Shown here piece after piece: positions 8,471-16,750 of a stretch of DNA of 20,318 nucleotides. Every line of letters starts with the position of its first letter. Positions within the stretch are counted from its first letter, which is position 1. Origin of the DNA: a bacterium (lineage in GTDB: Bacteria > Hydrothermota > 32-111); the NCBI GenBank assembly GCA_050239825.1, contig JBFXGO010000037.1, forward strand, positions 1-20,318. The letters run 5' to 3'. The notes beneath the pieces were generated by a model. It had not been told where the DNA came from. It worked only from the letters and a program-made list of their open reading frames with translations, and searched no databases. The translations under genes and the position numbers were made by a program.

Positions 8471-9745
8471 TTATCTTCCTCCTGAAAATACTTTCCTTCC
8501 CTTAAAGATTGTCATTTCAATCTTTCCGAATAATTTTTTAGACAAAAAAGGAGTGTTTGTTGACCTTGATTTCAGGAATTCTCTGTCAATGGTTATCTCC
8601 GCATCTTTGTCGAAAACTATGAGATTGGCTTCATTGCCCGGTTTTATAACTCTCTCCTCTATTTTCATGAGTTTTGCGGGATTGTAAGAGAGAAGTTTCA
8701 CAAGAGTCATTATATCGACCCTGTTTGTCTTGACTAAATGCGTATAGAGAGAGGGGAGCGCCGTCTCGAATCCGATGATTCCGAAGGGCGCAAATATGAA
8801 TTCAACCTCTTTTTCATAAACCTGATGAGGCGCATGGTCTGTTGCAATTGCATCAATATCGCCCCGGTTTATTCCGTTTACAAGAGCCTTCACATCCGAT
8901 TTCTTTTTCAATGAAGGCTTCATCTTGTAGTTCGTATCATAAGTGAAATGTATTGATTCGTCAAACAGCAGATGATGAGGTGTCACTTCGCATGTTACCC
9001 TTGTCTTCTTTTTCTTGAAATCCTTTATCAAATTAAGTGAATCGGCTGTTGAAATATGCGCTATGTGAAGAGACATGTTCAGGTAGGATGCTATTCTGAG
9101 GTTCCTATAAATGGCAATATCCTCTTCAATGGATGGTATTCCGGCAAGTCCGGCTTTGATTGAGACATCGCTTTCATTTATTTGGCCTCCCTCGGAGAGG
9201 TTTTTCTCTTCGCAGTGAACAGAGACCAAAACATCGAAACGGGAGGCATATCTTAATGCATTCATGAAAACCCTTGGATTGGATGTGCCTCTGCCGTCAT
9301 CCGAAAATCCTTTGGCTCCGGCTCTAATCATATCATACATCTCTGTAATTTCAACTGATTCCATCTTCTTGGTCAATGCTCCGATCGGTAGTATCTCTAT
9401 ATCTTTAAATTCGGACTCTCTCTTTTTTATGTAAAGTATTGACTGCGGATTATCAAGAGGAGGATTGGTATTGGGCATCACGGCAATGGATGTGAATCCG
9501 CCTGCAAGAGCGGCTGAGCTTCCTGAAAAGACATCTTCCTTGAACTCTTCGCCCGGCTCCCTCAGATGCGAGTGCATGTCAACTAAAGATGGCATTACAT
9601 ACATTCCTCTTACATCGGTTCCCTTTGATGCGGCAGAATGATTCTTGATTTCAGAAATTCTTCCGTTCTTTATTACTATATCCTTGTTTTTTTCTATTTT
9701 GTTGAAATTGACTATTGTGCAGTTTATCAAAGTCAGATTATTCAT
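8471..9745 (-). CDS. pyrC: Dihydroorotase (long, multifunctional-complex type)
   Basis: DMHSHLREPG (HxH metal site), GGFT..AVMPNTNP, GFSDDG, HCEE, HIAHIST, CEVTPHHL, IATDHAPH, APFGIIGFET, NTPF; immediately downstream of pyrB. Confidence 0.95.
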   Translation of the reverse strand: MNNLTLINCTIVNFNKIEKNKDIVIKNGRISEIKNHSAASKGTDVRGMYVMPSLVDMHSHLREPGEEFKEDVFSGSSAALAGGFTSIAVMPNTNPPLDNPQSILYIKKRESEFKDIEILPIGALTKKMESVEITEMYDMIRAGAKGFSDDGRGTSNPRVFMNALRYASRFDVLVSVHCEEKNLSEGGQINESDVSIKAGLAGIPSIEEDIAIYRNLRIASYLNMSLHIAHISTADSLNLIKDFKKKKTRVTCEVTPHHLLFDESIHFTYDTNYKMKPSLKKKSDVKALVNGINRGDIDAIATDHAPHQVYEKEVEFIFAPFGIIGFETALPSLYTHLVKTNRVDIMTLVKLLSYNPAKLMKIEERVIKPGNEANLIVFDKDAEITIDREFLKSRSTNTPFLSKKLFGKIEMTIFKGRKVFSGGR

Positions 9746-10667
9746 TGTTTTTCCCTCCGTTGAGCAGGTACAGAATTGCCATTCTCACCGCCACTCCGTT
9801 GGTAACCTGTTCGAGAATAACAGATTTGTCGCTGTCAGCCACAGTGCCATCAAGCTCTACGCCTCTGTTTATGGGTCCGGGGTGCATTATTATGCTTCTG
9901 TGTTTGATTGACTGAAACCTTTCATAAGTCATTGAATAGTCCTTGATGTATTCTCTGAGGGAAGGAAACAAACCCTTTTCCTGCCGTTCAAGCTGCATTC
10001 TGAGAATGTATATCACATCCTTGTCCTTTATTGCTTTGTCAATGTCATACTCCACTTCGACTCCGAAATCATTCAGATACATTGGCATAAGTGTCGGAGG
10101 GGCGCAGAGGGTGACTTTGGTCTTGTATTTCATGAAACCCCATAAGAGAGACCTTGCAACTCTTGAATGAAGTATGTCGCCGAGTATCAGAACTTTTAAA
10201 TTTCTGAAATCTTTATGAATCTCTTTTATTGTCATAAAATCAAGAAGCGCCTGTGTAGGGTGTTCATGAGTTCCATCTCCAGCATTTATGACATTGGAAT
10301 CAAGTCTTTCGGCGAGAAATTTCGCCGCTCCAGCTGAATTATGCCTGATTACAACCATATCCGTCTTCATTGATTCTATGTTTTTTGCCGTGTCAAGAAG
10401 GGTCTCTCCCTTTTTTACAGAGGATGATGATGTGGAAACATTCACCGAATCAGCCGACAGATGCTTTTCCGCAAGAGAGAATGAAATCAGAGTGCGCGTG
10501 CTCGGCTCGAAAAAGAGATTCACGACAGTTTTTCCCCTCAATGCGGGCACCTTTTTTATAGGTCTTAAAAGCACTTCCTTGAATGAAAATGCATTCTCTA
10601 AAATATGGTCTATCTCTTCTTTCGACAGCTCTTCGATGGATAACAGGTGTCTTCTGCTCCAGTTCAA
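9738..10667 (-). CDS. pyrB: Aspartate carbamoyltransferase catalytic subunit
   Basis: FFEPSTRT, KGETLLDT, NAGDGTHEHPTQALLD, GDILHSRV, RMQLER, HPGPINRGVE; TTG start with strong SD AAGGAGGAG overlapping the pyrR 3' end. Confidence 0.98.
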   Translation of the reverse strand: MNWSRRHLLSIEELSKEEIDHILENAFSFKEVLLRPIKKVPALRGKTVVNLFFEPSTRTLISFSLAEKHLSADSVNVSTSSSSVKKGETLLDTAKNIESMKTDMVVIRHNSAGAAKFLAERLDSNVINAGDGTHEHPTQALLDFMTIKEIHKDFRNLKVLILGDILHSRVARSLLWGFMKYKTKVTLCAPPTLMPMYLNDFGVEVEYDIDKAIKDKDVIYILRMQLERQEKGLFPSLREYIKDYSMTYERFQSIKHRSIIMHPGPINRGVELDGTVADSDKSVILEQVTNGVAVRMAILYLLNGGKNNE

Positions 10668-11206
10668 TTCTCCTCCTTCACAAGTGTTATGTCGTCCTCA
10701 CCGTCAATCTCCATGAGATGCACATTTACTATCCTGTTCTTCGGTATATTAAGATCCGAACCTGAAAAATCAGGTTTTATGGGCAGTTCGGCCGATTTTC
10801 TGTTTATCAGAACATAAAGATATACTCTTTTAGGGCGGCCGAAATCCATAATCTCATTCAAGGCGCTCCTTATGGTTCTTCCTGTGAAGAAGACATCATC
10901 AAAGAGGTATATTATCTTTCCGTTGATGTCAAAATCTATTGTTGTAGAGGATATCTGAGGATGATAGTCAATAATTGACAAATCGTCCCTGTAAAGATTT
11001 ATATCAATCTTGCCTATCGGAATCCGTATTTTCTCTTTTTTCTCTATAATATCCGCAGTTCTTTTGGCTATTATATCGCCTCTCTTGATTATACCTATGA
11101 AAGCCGAATTTTCTATATTCTCCTTTGATTTGATTACTTCTATAGCCATAGAATTTATAATTCCTGCTATCTCCTTTTCTCCCAGCAATTTAAAATCTTT
11201 TCCCAT
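10664..11206 (-). CDS. pyrR: PyrR-family phosphoribosyltransferase-fold protein (pyr regulator/uracil phosphoribosyltransferase homologue), divergent
   Basis: IGIIKRG, IDINLYRDDL, PRPP loop LFDDVFFTGRTIRSAL, DFGRP, ELPIKPDF; directly upstream of pyrB. Confidence 0.9.
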   Translation of the reverse strand: MGKDFKLLGEKEIAGIINSMAIEVIKSKENIENSAFIGIIKRGDIIAKRTADIIEKKEKIRIPIGKIDINLYRDDLSIIDYHPQISSTTIDFDINGKIIYLFDDVFFTGRTIRSALNEIMDFGRPKRVYLYVLINRKSAELPIKPDFSGSDLNIPKNRIVNVHLMEIDGEDDITLVKEEN

Positions 11207-11217
11207 TGGACCTGCTT

Positions 11218-11778
11218 TTAAAAGTTTTCCTGAATGTATTTTACCGCATCATCCTTTTTTTTGTTTTTAAGAAGTTCGGCAACCTTTGCCAGTTTTGCCT
11301 CCGTTCTGCCTGCCGATGAAGCTTCTTCTTCAAATGAGAGGTCATTTGTTGAACTGCTTACATTTGAAAGAAAATTCCCGTGAGTCTGCGGTGATGCGAA
11401 TATATCTGCATTTTCAAGGCTCTTAGCCGGTATTCTTTCATTATCTGCCTGCAGTCCATTCGGCTGAGCTTCAATCTCAATGTCGCTTTGATTCTCTTTC
11501 TCCGTCGGTGTCTCAACAGGTTTTTCCGGCTTTCTTTCGATTTCAGGCATAGGCTTTACATCAGGCGTCTGCTCTGTCTCCTTATACCTTTCCTTGCTTG
11601 TGGGGGACTTTCCGAGATTCTCTATTCCCTCCATAGAATTCGGGGAATCTTCTTTTTGTGCCGTCTCCTTTTGAATGGGCTTGATATCCGCTTTCTTTGA
11701 TTGAAACAGCTTTTCAAAAGGATTCTCTTCGGATGAAGTTTTCTTGGAATTTATTTTTTTAAGAAAATCCTCAGGCAT
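11218..11778 (-). CDS. Hypothetical protein, mostly low-complexity/disordered (E/K/P/S/N-rich) with a short C-terminal helical segment
   Basis: 186-aa ORF filling the gap between neighbours on the same strand; SD GGGAG; 8-nt overlap (ATGCCTGA) with the upstream gene. Confidence 0.75.
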   Translation of the reverse strand: MPEDFLKKINSKKTSSEENPFEKLFQSKKADIKPIQKETAQKEDSPNSMEGIENLGKSPTSKERYKETEQTPDVKPMPEIERKPEKPVETPTEKENQSDIEIEAQPNGLQADNERIPAKSLENADIFASPQTHGNFLSNVSSSTNDLSFEEEASSAGRTEAKLAKVAELLKNKKKDDAVKYIQENF

Positions 11779-12856
11779 TTATGTCTCCCTTTTTGTAAAT
11801 CTTTAGTTTTTCTTTTGCCTCTTCAAGGAAGGGATTCAGTTCAACCGCTTTTTCCCATTTCTTCACGGCTTCATCTGTCTTTTTCAAAGAGAAGAGAGCA
11901 TTTCCGAGATTGAAGTATGCGTCTGAAAAATCAGAATAAACATCAATAGCTTTTCTGAATTTTTCCGCCGCAAGTTCGTAATTGCTGTTCTCCATATACA
12001 TCAAACCTAAGTTGTTGTAAGCCTCAGAGAAATCGGGGAAGAGGTCAACAGCCTTCTTCAGGGTCTCTTCTGCCTTCTGATACTCCTTCAGTTTAATGAG
12101 AGTGTGCCCTATGTTGTTGAGAACTTCAGGAGAGTTTTCATCAAAATCCCGCGCCTTTTCAAAATATTTAAGAGCAGAGGCGAATATGCCTCTATAGAAT
12201 AGCACCATTCCTCTTTCATTGTAAATCTTGGCCTGGACCATTTTAAATTCGGCTTCTCGTTTGTCATTCATCGACTTTTCGAAATCAGCTATGTCTGTCA
12301 CTCTCTTTGCCGTGTCATTCAGGTTAGAGAGGAATGAATCAAGTTTCTCCAGTATCTCCTGATTGTTCTTTGTCAGAGCGTCAAATATGGAACCGACAGC
12401 CTTAGTCTGCTCCTCCATCTTTGAATTGATGTCGGTTGGTATCTTCTCAAGAAGTCCGTGCAAATTGTCAAGTTTTTCAGCCACGGATGCATTGGCATCT
12501 GCAAAGTTTGTTTGAGTGGACTTTATGTGGTCATTTGTCTCCGGAAGAATCGAAATTGTCTCATTGATTGCATCAAGCCTGATTATCATCTCCTTTATAT
12601 TGGATGAAAGCTCATCCATTGAAGCGCGCATGGAGCCTGTCAGTTCCTTTGTTCCGGAATCAAATGATGTGCTGAGCTTTTCTCCGAGTGAGAGCATATC
12701 GCCGGAGAGTTTTTCAAGTTTAGATGAAACAGCGTCCGAGTTGTTTGTTTCGTTTCTTTTTTCCTCACCTTCCTGCTTCACTTCGGAAACCTTCTCCTCA
12801 GCGCTGACTCTCTCTTCCTGAGAGGCATCTTCATTGTTCTTTATTTCTTCAGTCAT
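11771..12856 (-). CDS. Tetratricopeptide-repeat protein with N-terminal coiled-coil region
   Basis: Four canonical TPRs at the C-terminus (IYNERG..., VLNNIG..., AYNNLG..., AYFNLG...KAVELNP) and a heptad-rich N-terminal half. ATG at 12856 follows SD AAGGAG and is preferred over the GTG at 12862. Confidence 0.88.
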   Translation of the reverse strand: MTEEIKNNEDASQEERVSAEEKVSEVKQEGEEKRNETNNSDAVSSKLEKLSGDMLSLGEKLSTSFDSGTKELTGSMRASMDELSSNIKEMIIRLDAINETISILPETNDHIKSTQTNFADANASVAEKLDNLHGLLEKIPTDINSKMEEQTKAVGSIFDALTKNNQEILEKLDSFLSNLNDTAKRVTDIADFEKSMNDKREAEFKMVQAKIYNERGMVLFYRGIFASALKYFEKARDFDENSPEVLNNIGHTLIKLKEYQKAEETLKKAVDLFPDFSEAYNNLGLMYMENSNYELAAEKFRKAIDVYSDFSDAYFNLGNALFSLKKTDEAVKKWEKAVELNPFLEEAKEKLKIYKKGDINA

Positions 12857-12868
12857 ATACACTCCTTT

Positions 12869-15800
12869 TTAGGCGATTACCTTATAATCGTTAAATACAT
12901 TCTGCATGTACTGGAATCTTCCCAATTCATTCGACAGATTTTGTTTTTCTTTGAGTATGTTTTCAGCCTCTCCGTAGTATCCCAGCTTCTTTAAAAGTCC
13001 GACAAGATGTGCTATGTGCTTGACCTTCTGTGATTTTCTGAGAGGGGATGCAAGCTCAAGCGCGTAAATTATGTTAGACTGCTTTTCATATATTTTTGAA
13101 AGAAGAAAAGATCTTTCAAAGAGACTGTCGGGATTCTTGAAATTTACCTGCATTATTTTGACTGCGCTCTCGAAATCCTGCTGTTTTATGAGGTATTCTG
13201 CATATTTCAAGAGGTTCTCTTCATTGTTCGGATTTGATGTGTAGAGCTGTTTCATCTTAGCTGCTTTCTTGGATTTCTCCTGCTCATAGATTTGGAAGAC
13301 GACTGCATAGTAGAGCTGGCTGTCTTCCTTCATCATTTTAAGAGTAATATCATCCGCGAGCTTCTCTCTGTTTGTGTTCCTGTACGATTGGGAGAGGAGG
13401 ACTCCGAAGCGGAACTTCTGGTCAGGCACTGTTGATTTTTCGAATACTTCATGAGATAGGTCAATCAGTTCATTGTATTTTCCAGTATCAAAGTATATAA
13501 GAGAGAGGAGCATTATTGAACTTTGATGTCCGGGAGCCGCGCCTATAATGCGGTTCAAGCCGTTCATGATTTTGTCATGCGAGTCTGTATCGGTGACATA
13601 GACCAGATTGAGCCAATTTACCGCCGAATCAAAATCCTGCTTTTTGAAATAAAGCTCTGAGAGAAAAAGCTGAAGCTCTGTTGTCTTTTGATCGAAATCA
13701 AGGATTTTGTCTATTATCTCATCCGATTGAAGGGGATTTATATTTATCGCTTTCCTGAATGTCTCAATCGCCTCTGCTGTTGAACCCATGTTCATGTATG
13801 AATCGCCCATCGATATTAGAAGATAAGTGTTGTTCGGCTCGTTTGCGAGCATCTCCTGATAAAATCCGATGACCGTCTCCCTGTCAGACGGATTTATCAT
13901 CTCAATCTGGCGAAGCAGAGTTATCGTCTGCATGTAATTGTGCATGTCTTTGTAAACCTGAGCCAAAGAGAATCTCGCATCCGCCTCTTCCGGCTGTTTG
14001 TTTATGATTGACTGAAGCTGGGCAATTACTGCCTCTTTCAAAGAGATTTCAATGGACATTGCATTGTAAAGGTAGTCGGACGCAAGCTTGTATAGCCCCT
14101 TCTTTTCATAGAATTTGCCTATGGTGAAGAGAATATGGCCGTCCTCGACATCATGTTCAACGGCTGATTTCAGTAGCGAGAGGATTGAATCAATGTACTG
14201 ATTGTCCATCTCATAAGTTTCATTTACCTTTGATATGGCTTTGTCATAGTAACCCTTCTCCATATAAAGTTTCGCAAGGGATAGTGTGAGTTTGGGATTG
14301 CGTTTTATATCCTCATACCATTTTTCAAGGTCTCTTATAACCAAATCAATCTGCTGAGAGTCGATTTTCATGACTTCAAACAATTCTTCTATGGCATCAT
14401 CGGTAAGAGCCTTCAAATTCAATCCGTGTGCCAATGTATAGTGGACCCTTAGGGATGAGAAGTCGATTTTCAAAAGTTGTCTTAAAATCTCCATCGAATC
14501 ATCTATGACTGATTTATCAAGAGCCATTGCCTGAAACAGGTATGTCGCGGAATCGTTGAGCATGTTCTTTTTTGCGTACGCCTTTCCCACATAGAACTTC
14601 ACCGAGCCTGAATTGAAATTGGCTGTTTTTGCGAGGAAGTCGGTTGACTCCTGTATTATCTTTTCATAAAGACCCATGTCGTCAAGAACTCTCAGAATAT
14701 TTGTGATTACATTGGCGTCATCAGGCACCTGCTTGTACAGAACATAAAGATTGTCAAGAACATGGCCTATCATCTGTTTGTTGTTGTAAAGCTGCATAAG
14801 AGAGCTCAATGACCTTGAATAATTTTTCTTGCTGAGATAATATTTGAATTCAAATTCGGCTATCCTTTCGCTCTGAGGGAAGAGCTCTTTCATTCTATCC
14901 ACAAGCTCAAGCACCGCATCCTCTTTGTCGGGATTCTTTTCAAGCATTTCAAGCACTATTGAAATTGACTGGTCGAGAAGGCCTGCGAGATATGAGATTT
15001 CGGCATAGGAATAATTGTAAAGAAAAGAATCAAGCTTTGATTTGTCAACGGAATCAAGTATTTTGAGTATAGATTCCGCGATATCTTTGCTCTTTTTGGA
15101 AGGAGCATAGAATTTTGGCATTATTTCATAGAAGAGGTTCGGCTGAATCTTAACGGTTTCAAGTATAAGGGATTCCGCTTCGCGTATCTTTCCGAGTTCG
15201 ATTAGAATTATGCTGAGATGAAGCTTGACATCTATATCATCCGGAAATTTTTCATGAAGAGATAGGTAATACTTGTGGGCTATCTCTTTAAGGTCGGGAT
15301 TCTCCTGTGATGAAATATACTCAAGGATCTGTTTCGCTTTTTCGGGCTGGTCTCTGTCTATGAACATTCTTGACATGAGTGAGAGTCCCGTTATATTGAA
15401 AGAATCCTTGTTTAGTATCTCATTCAATATCTGTTCAAGCTCAAAAGAAAATGCGCGGTTCATCTCATAGACCTTCTCGCAGAGTCTTGCCGCTTCATTG
15501 AGATTTCCTGTCTTAATGAGTATTCTGGATTTAAGGACAAGCAGATCCTCTGTTATCATATCCTTGCTTATCATCTTGTCGATTATTTTCAATATGTATT
15601 GATTTTCCACATCAGTCAGTTCGGATATTTTTGACAGATTTGTAACCACACCCGCAGTGTCTTTCTTCAGAAGAAGGACATCCGCTAAAAGCTTGTATCC
15701 CTCCACAAGGTCATTCTTTCCCTGTACTATCTGATATGCTCTCCTCGTTATGTCATCTCCGACCTCCTGCTTGTCGGCAATCAACTCCCTTATTATGTCA

Positions 15801-16642
15801 ATGGCCTTCATATAATCATGCTTATTCAGGTAAAGGTCGACGAGGGAAAATTTGCTCGTGTCGGAAATTTCACTTGTATCTTTTATCGACTCCTCAAATT
15901 TCTTAGCCACAGATTCCTTAAGAGACGGGTCAATGCTCACGGCTTTTTGATAGTAGTTAATTGCTTTGTCTTTGTCATTTATTATGACATACAGGTCGCC
16001 GATAGCCATGTGGGGAGCCGGATTGCCATAGGCGGACTTGGAAGCAGTCAGATACTCGGAGAGGATATTGTCCCTCTCCTTCGGCTGTGTCTTGAAGATT
16101 GTTTCGCAGATTGGCTTTGCCTCTTTGAATTGCCTGTTGTTTAGGTAGAGTATTCCCAGAATTATGTAAATCTCAATATCCTTCTTTGTAAGCTGTTCAA
16201 CAGTTTTGTTCTCCTTGATGTTCTGATAGCTTTTCTCAAAGTATTGAATGGCTGATACTGCTTCAGAGTTTGAAAGTGTGGAAAAAATTTTCTTGAAATT
16301 TTCAAAGTCGCGCTTTTTTACATACAGTTCAAAGAGTATTACTGCTGTTGCATCTTTTTTTGCTTGAGGCCTGTAATGAAAATCTTCGGCTATGTCAACA
16401 ACTTTAGCAAGACTCTCAGGGTTTGAAAAATAAGCGCTTCTTAGGGAGATTACAGCTTCGCTGACCTTTTCCTGTTCAAACTGCACTCTGGCAAGCTCAA
16501 GAAGTATTATAAAATCAGACTTTGAATTCTTAATATTCTTTTTAAGAAGCTGTTCGGCTTTGTCGAACTTGGATTCTATCCTGAGTTTGTTGCTTCTCTC
16601 AACAATCTTTTCCGGATCATTAGAGGAGAAGAAATCAAGCAT
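12869..16642 (-). CDS. Very large TPR/alpha-solenoid protein (1257 aa)
   Basis: Many TPR-like repeats (PHMAIGDLY...AINYYQKAVSIDP; ARFSLAQVY; LLISMGDSY...AIETFRKAININP); SD AAGGAGG; no obvious signal peptide or TM segment. Confidence 0.85.
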   Translation of the reverse strand: MLDFFSSNDPEKIVERSNKLRIESKFDKAEQLLKKNIKNSKSDFIILLELARVQFEQEKVSEAVISLRSAYFSNPESLAKVVDIAEDFHYRPQAKKDATAVILFELYVKKRDFENFKKIFSTLSNSEAVSAIQYFEKSYQNIKENKTVEQLTKKDIEIYIILGILYLNNRQFKEAKPICETIFKTQPKERDNILSEYLTASKSAYGNPAPHMAIGDLYVIINDKDKAINYYQKAVSIDPSLKESVAKKFEESIKDTSEISDTSKFSLVDLYLNKHDYMKAIDIIRELIADKQEVGDDITRRAYQIVQGKNDLVEGYKLLADVLLLKKDTAGVVTNLSKISELTDVENQYILKIIDKMISKDMITEDLLVLKSRILIKTGNLNEAARLCEKVYEMNRAFSFELEQILNEILNKDSFNITGLSLMSRMFIDRDQPEKAKQILEYISSQENPDLKEIAHKYYLSLHEKFPDDIDVKLHLSIILIELGKIREAESLILETVKIQPNLFYEIMPKFYAPSKKSKDIAESILKILDSVDKSKLDSFLYNYSYAEISYLAGLLDQSISIVLEMLEKNPDKEDAVLELVDRMKELFPQSERIAEFEFKYYLSKKNYSRSLSSLMQLYNNKQMIGHVLDNLYVLYKQVPDDANVITNILRVLDDMGLYEKIIQESTDFLAKTANFNSGSVKFYVGKAYAKKNMLNDSATYLFQAMALDKSVIDDSMEILRQLLKIDFSSLRVHYTLAHGLNLKALTDDAIEELFEVMKIDSQQIDLVIRDLEKWYEDIKRNPKLTLSLAKLYMEKGYYDKAISKVNETYEMDNQYIDSILSLLKSAVEHDVEDGHILFTIGKFYEKKGLYKLASDYLYNAMSIEISLKEAVIAQLQSIINKQPEEADARFSLAQVYKDMHNYMQTITLLRQIEMINPSDRETVIGFYQEMLANEPNNTYLLISMGDSYMNMGSTAEAIETFRKAININPLQSDEIIDKILDFDQKTTELQLFLSELYFKKQDFDSAVNWLNLVYVTDTDSHDKIMNGLNRIIGAAPGHQSSIMLLSLIYFDTGKYNELIDLSHEVFEKSTVPDQKFRFGVLLSQSYRNTNREKLADDITLKMMKEDSQLYYAVVFQIYEQEKSKKAAKMKQLYTSNPNNEENLLKYAEYLIKQQDFESAVKIMQVNFKNPDSLFERSFLLSKIYEKQSNIIYALELASPLRKSQKVKHIAHLVGLLKKLGYYGEAENILKEKQNLSNELGRFQYMQNVFNDYKVIA

Positions 16643-16668
16643 GATGCCTCCTTAATAATAATATATTT

Positions 16669-16697
16669 ATTTTATATAAATAAAGCATAAATGTCAA
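16669..16697 (-). promoter_or_regulatory. Sigma70-type promoter for the leftward TPR-pyr-cyclase operon (TTGACA-N17-TAAAAT)
   Basis: The minus strand reads TTGACA (16697-16692) tttatgctttatttata TAAAAT (16674-16669), then SD AAGGAGG (16653-16647) and ATG at 16642. Confidence 0.7.
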
Positions 16698-16714
16698 TAT
16701 TTATTATTTACATC

Positions 16715-16742
16715 TTGAAAATAGATTTTCTTTCTATATAAT
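16715..16742 (+). promoter_or_regulatory. Sigma70-type promoter for the rightward AlkP/GT4 operon (TTGAAA-N16-TATAAT)
   Basis: TTGAAA 16715-16720, perfect TATAAT 16737-16742, ATG after 8 nt; divergent from the leftward promoter. Confidence 0.6.
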
Positions 16743-16750
16743 AACTTCTA

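Noticed and set aside
8471..9745. Inactive PyrC' (structural subunit only), prompted by KMKPSLK replacing the usual KMNPPLR
   Set aside because: The metal and catalytic motifs (HxH, DDG, HCE, HIST, DHAPH) are all present, so an active enzyme is more likely.
11207..11217. PyrR attenuator or binding loop upstream of pyrR or pyrB
   Set aside because: Only 11 nt of intergenic space, pyrR and pyrB overlap, and I saw no terminator/antiterminator hairpins.
16666..16684. Inverted repeat TTTATTT-tatat-AAATAAA over the leftward -10 box as an operator
   Set aside because: Composed only of A/T in a very AT-rich spacer, so easily due to chance.
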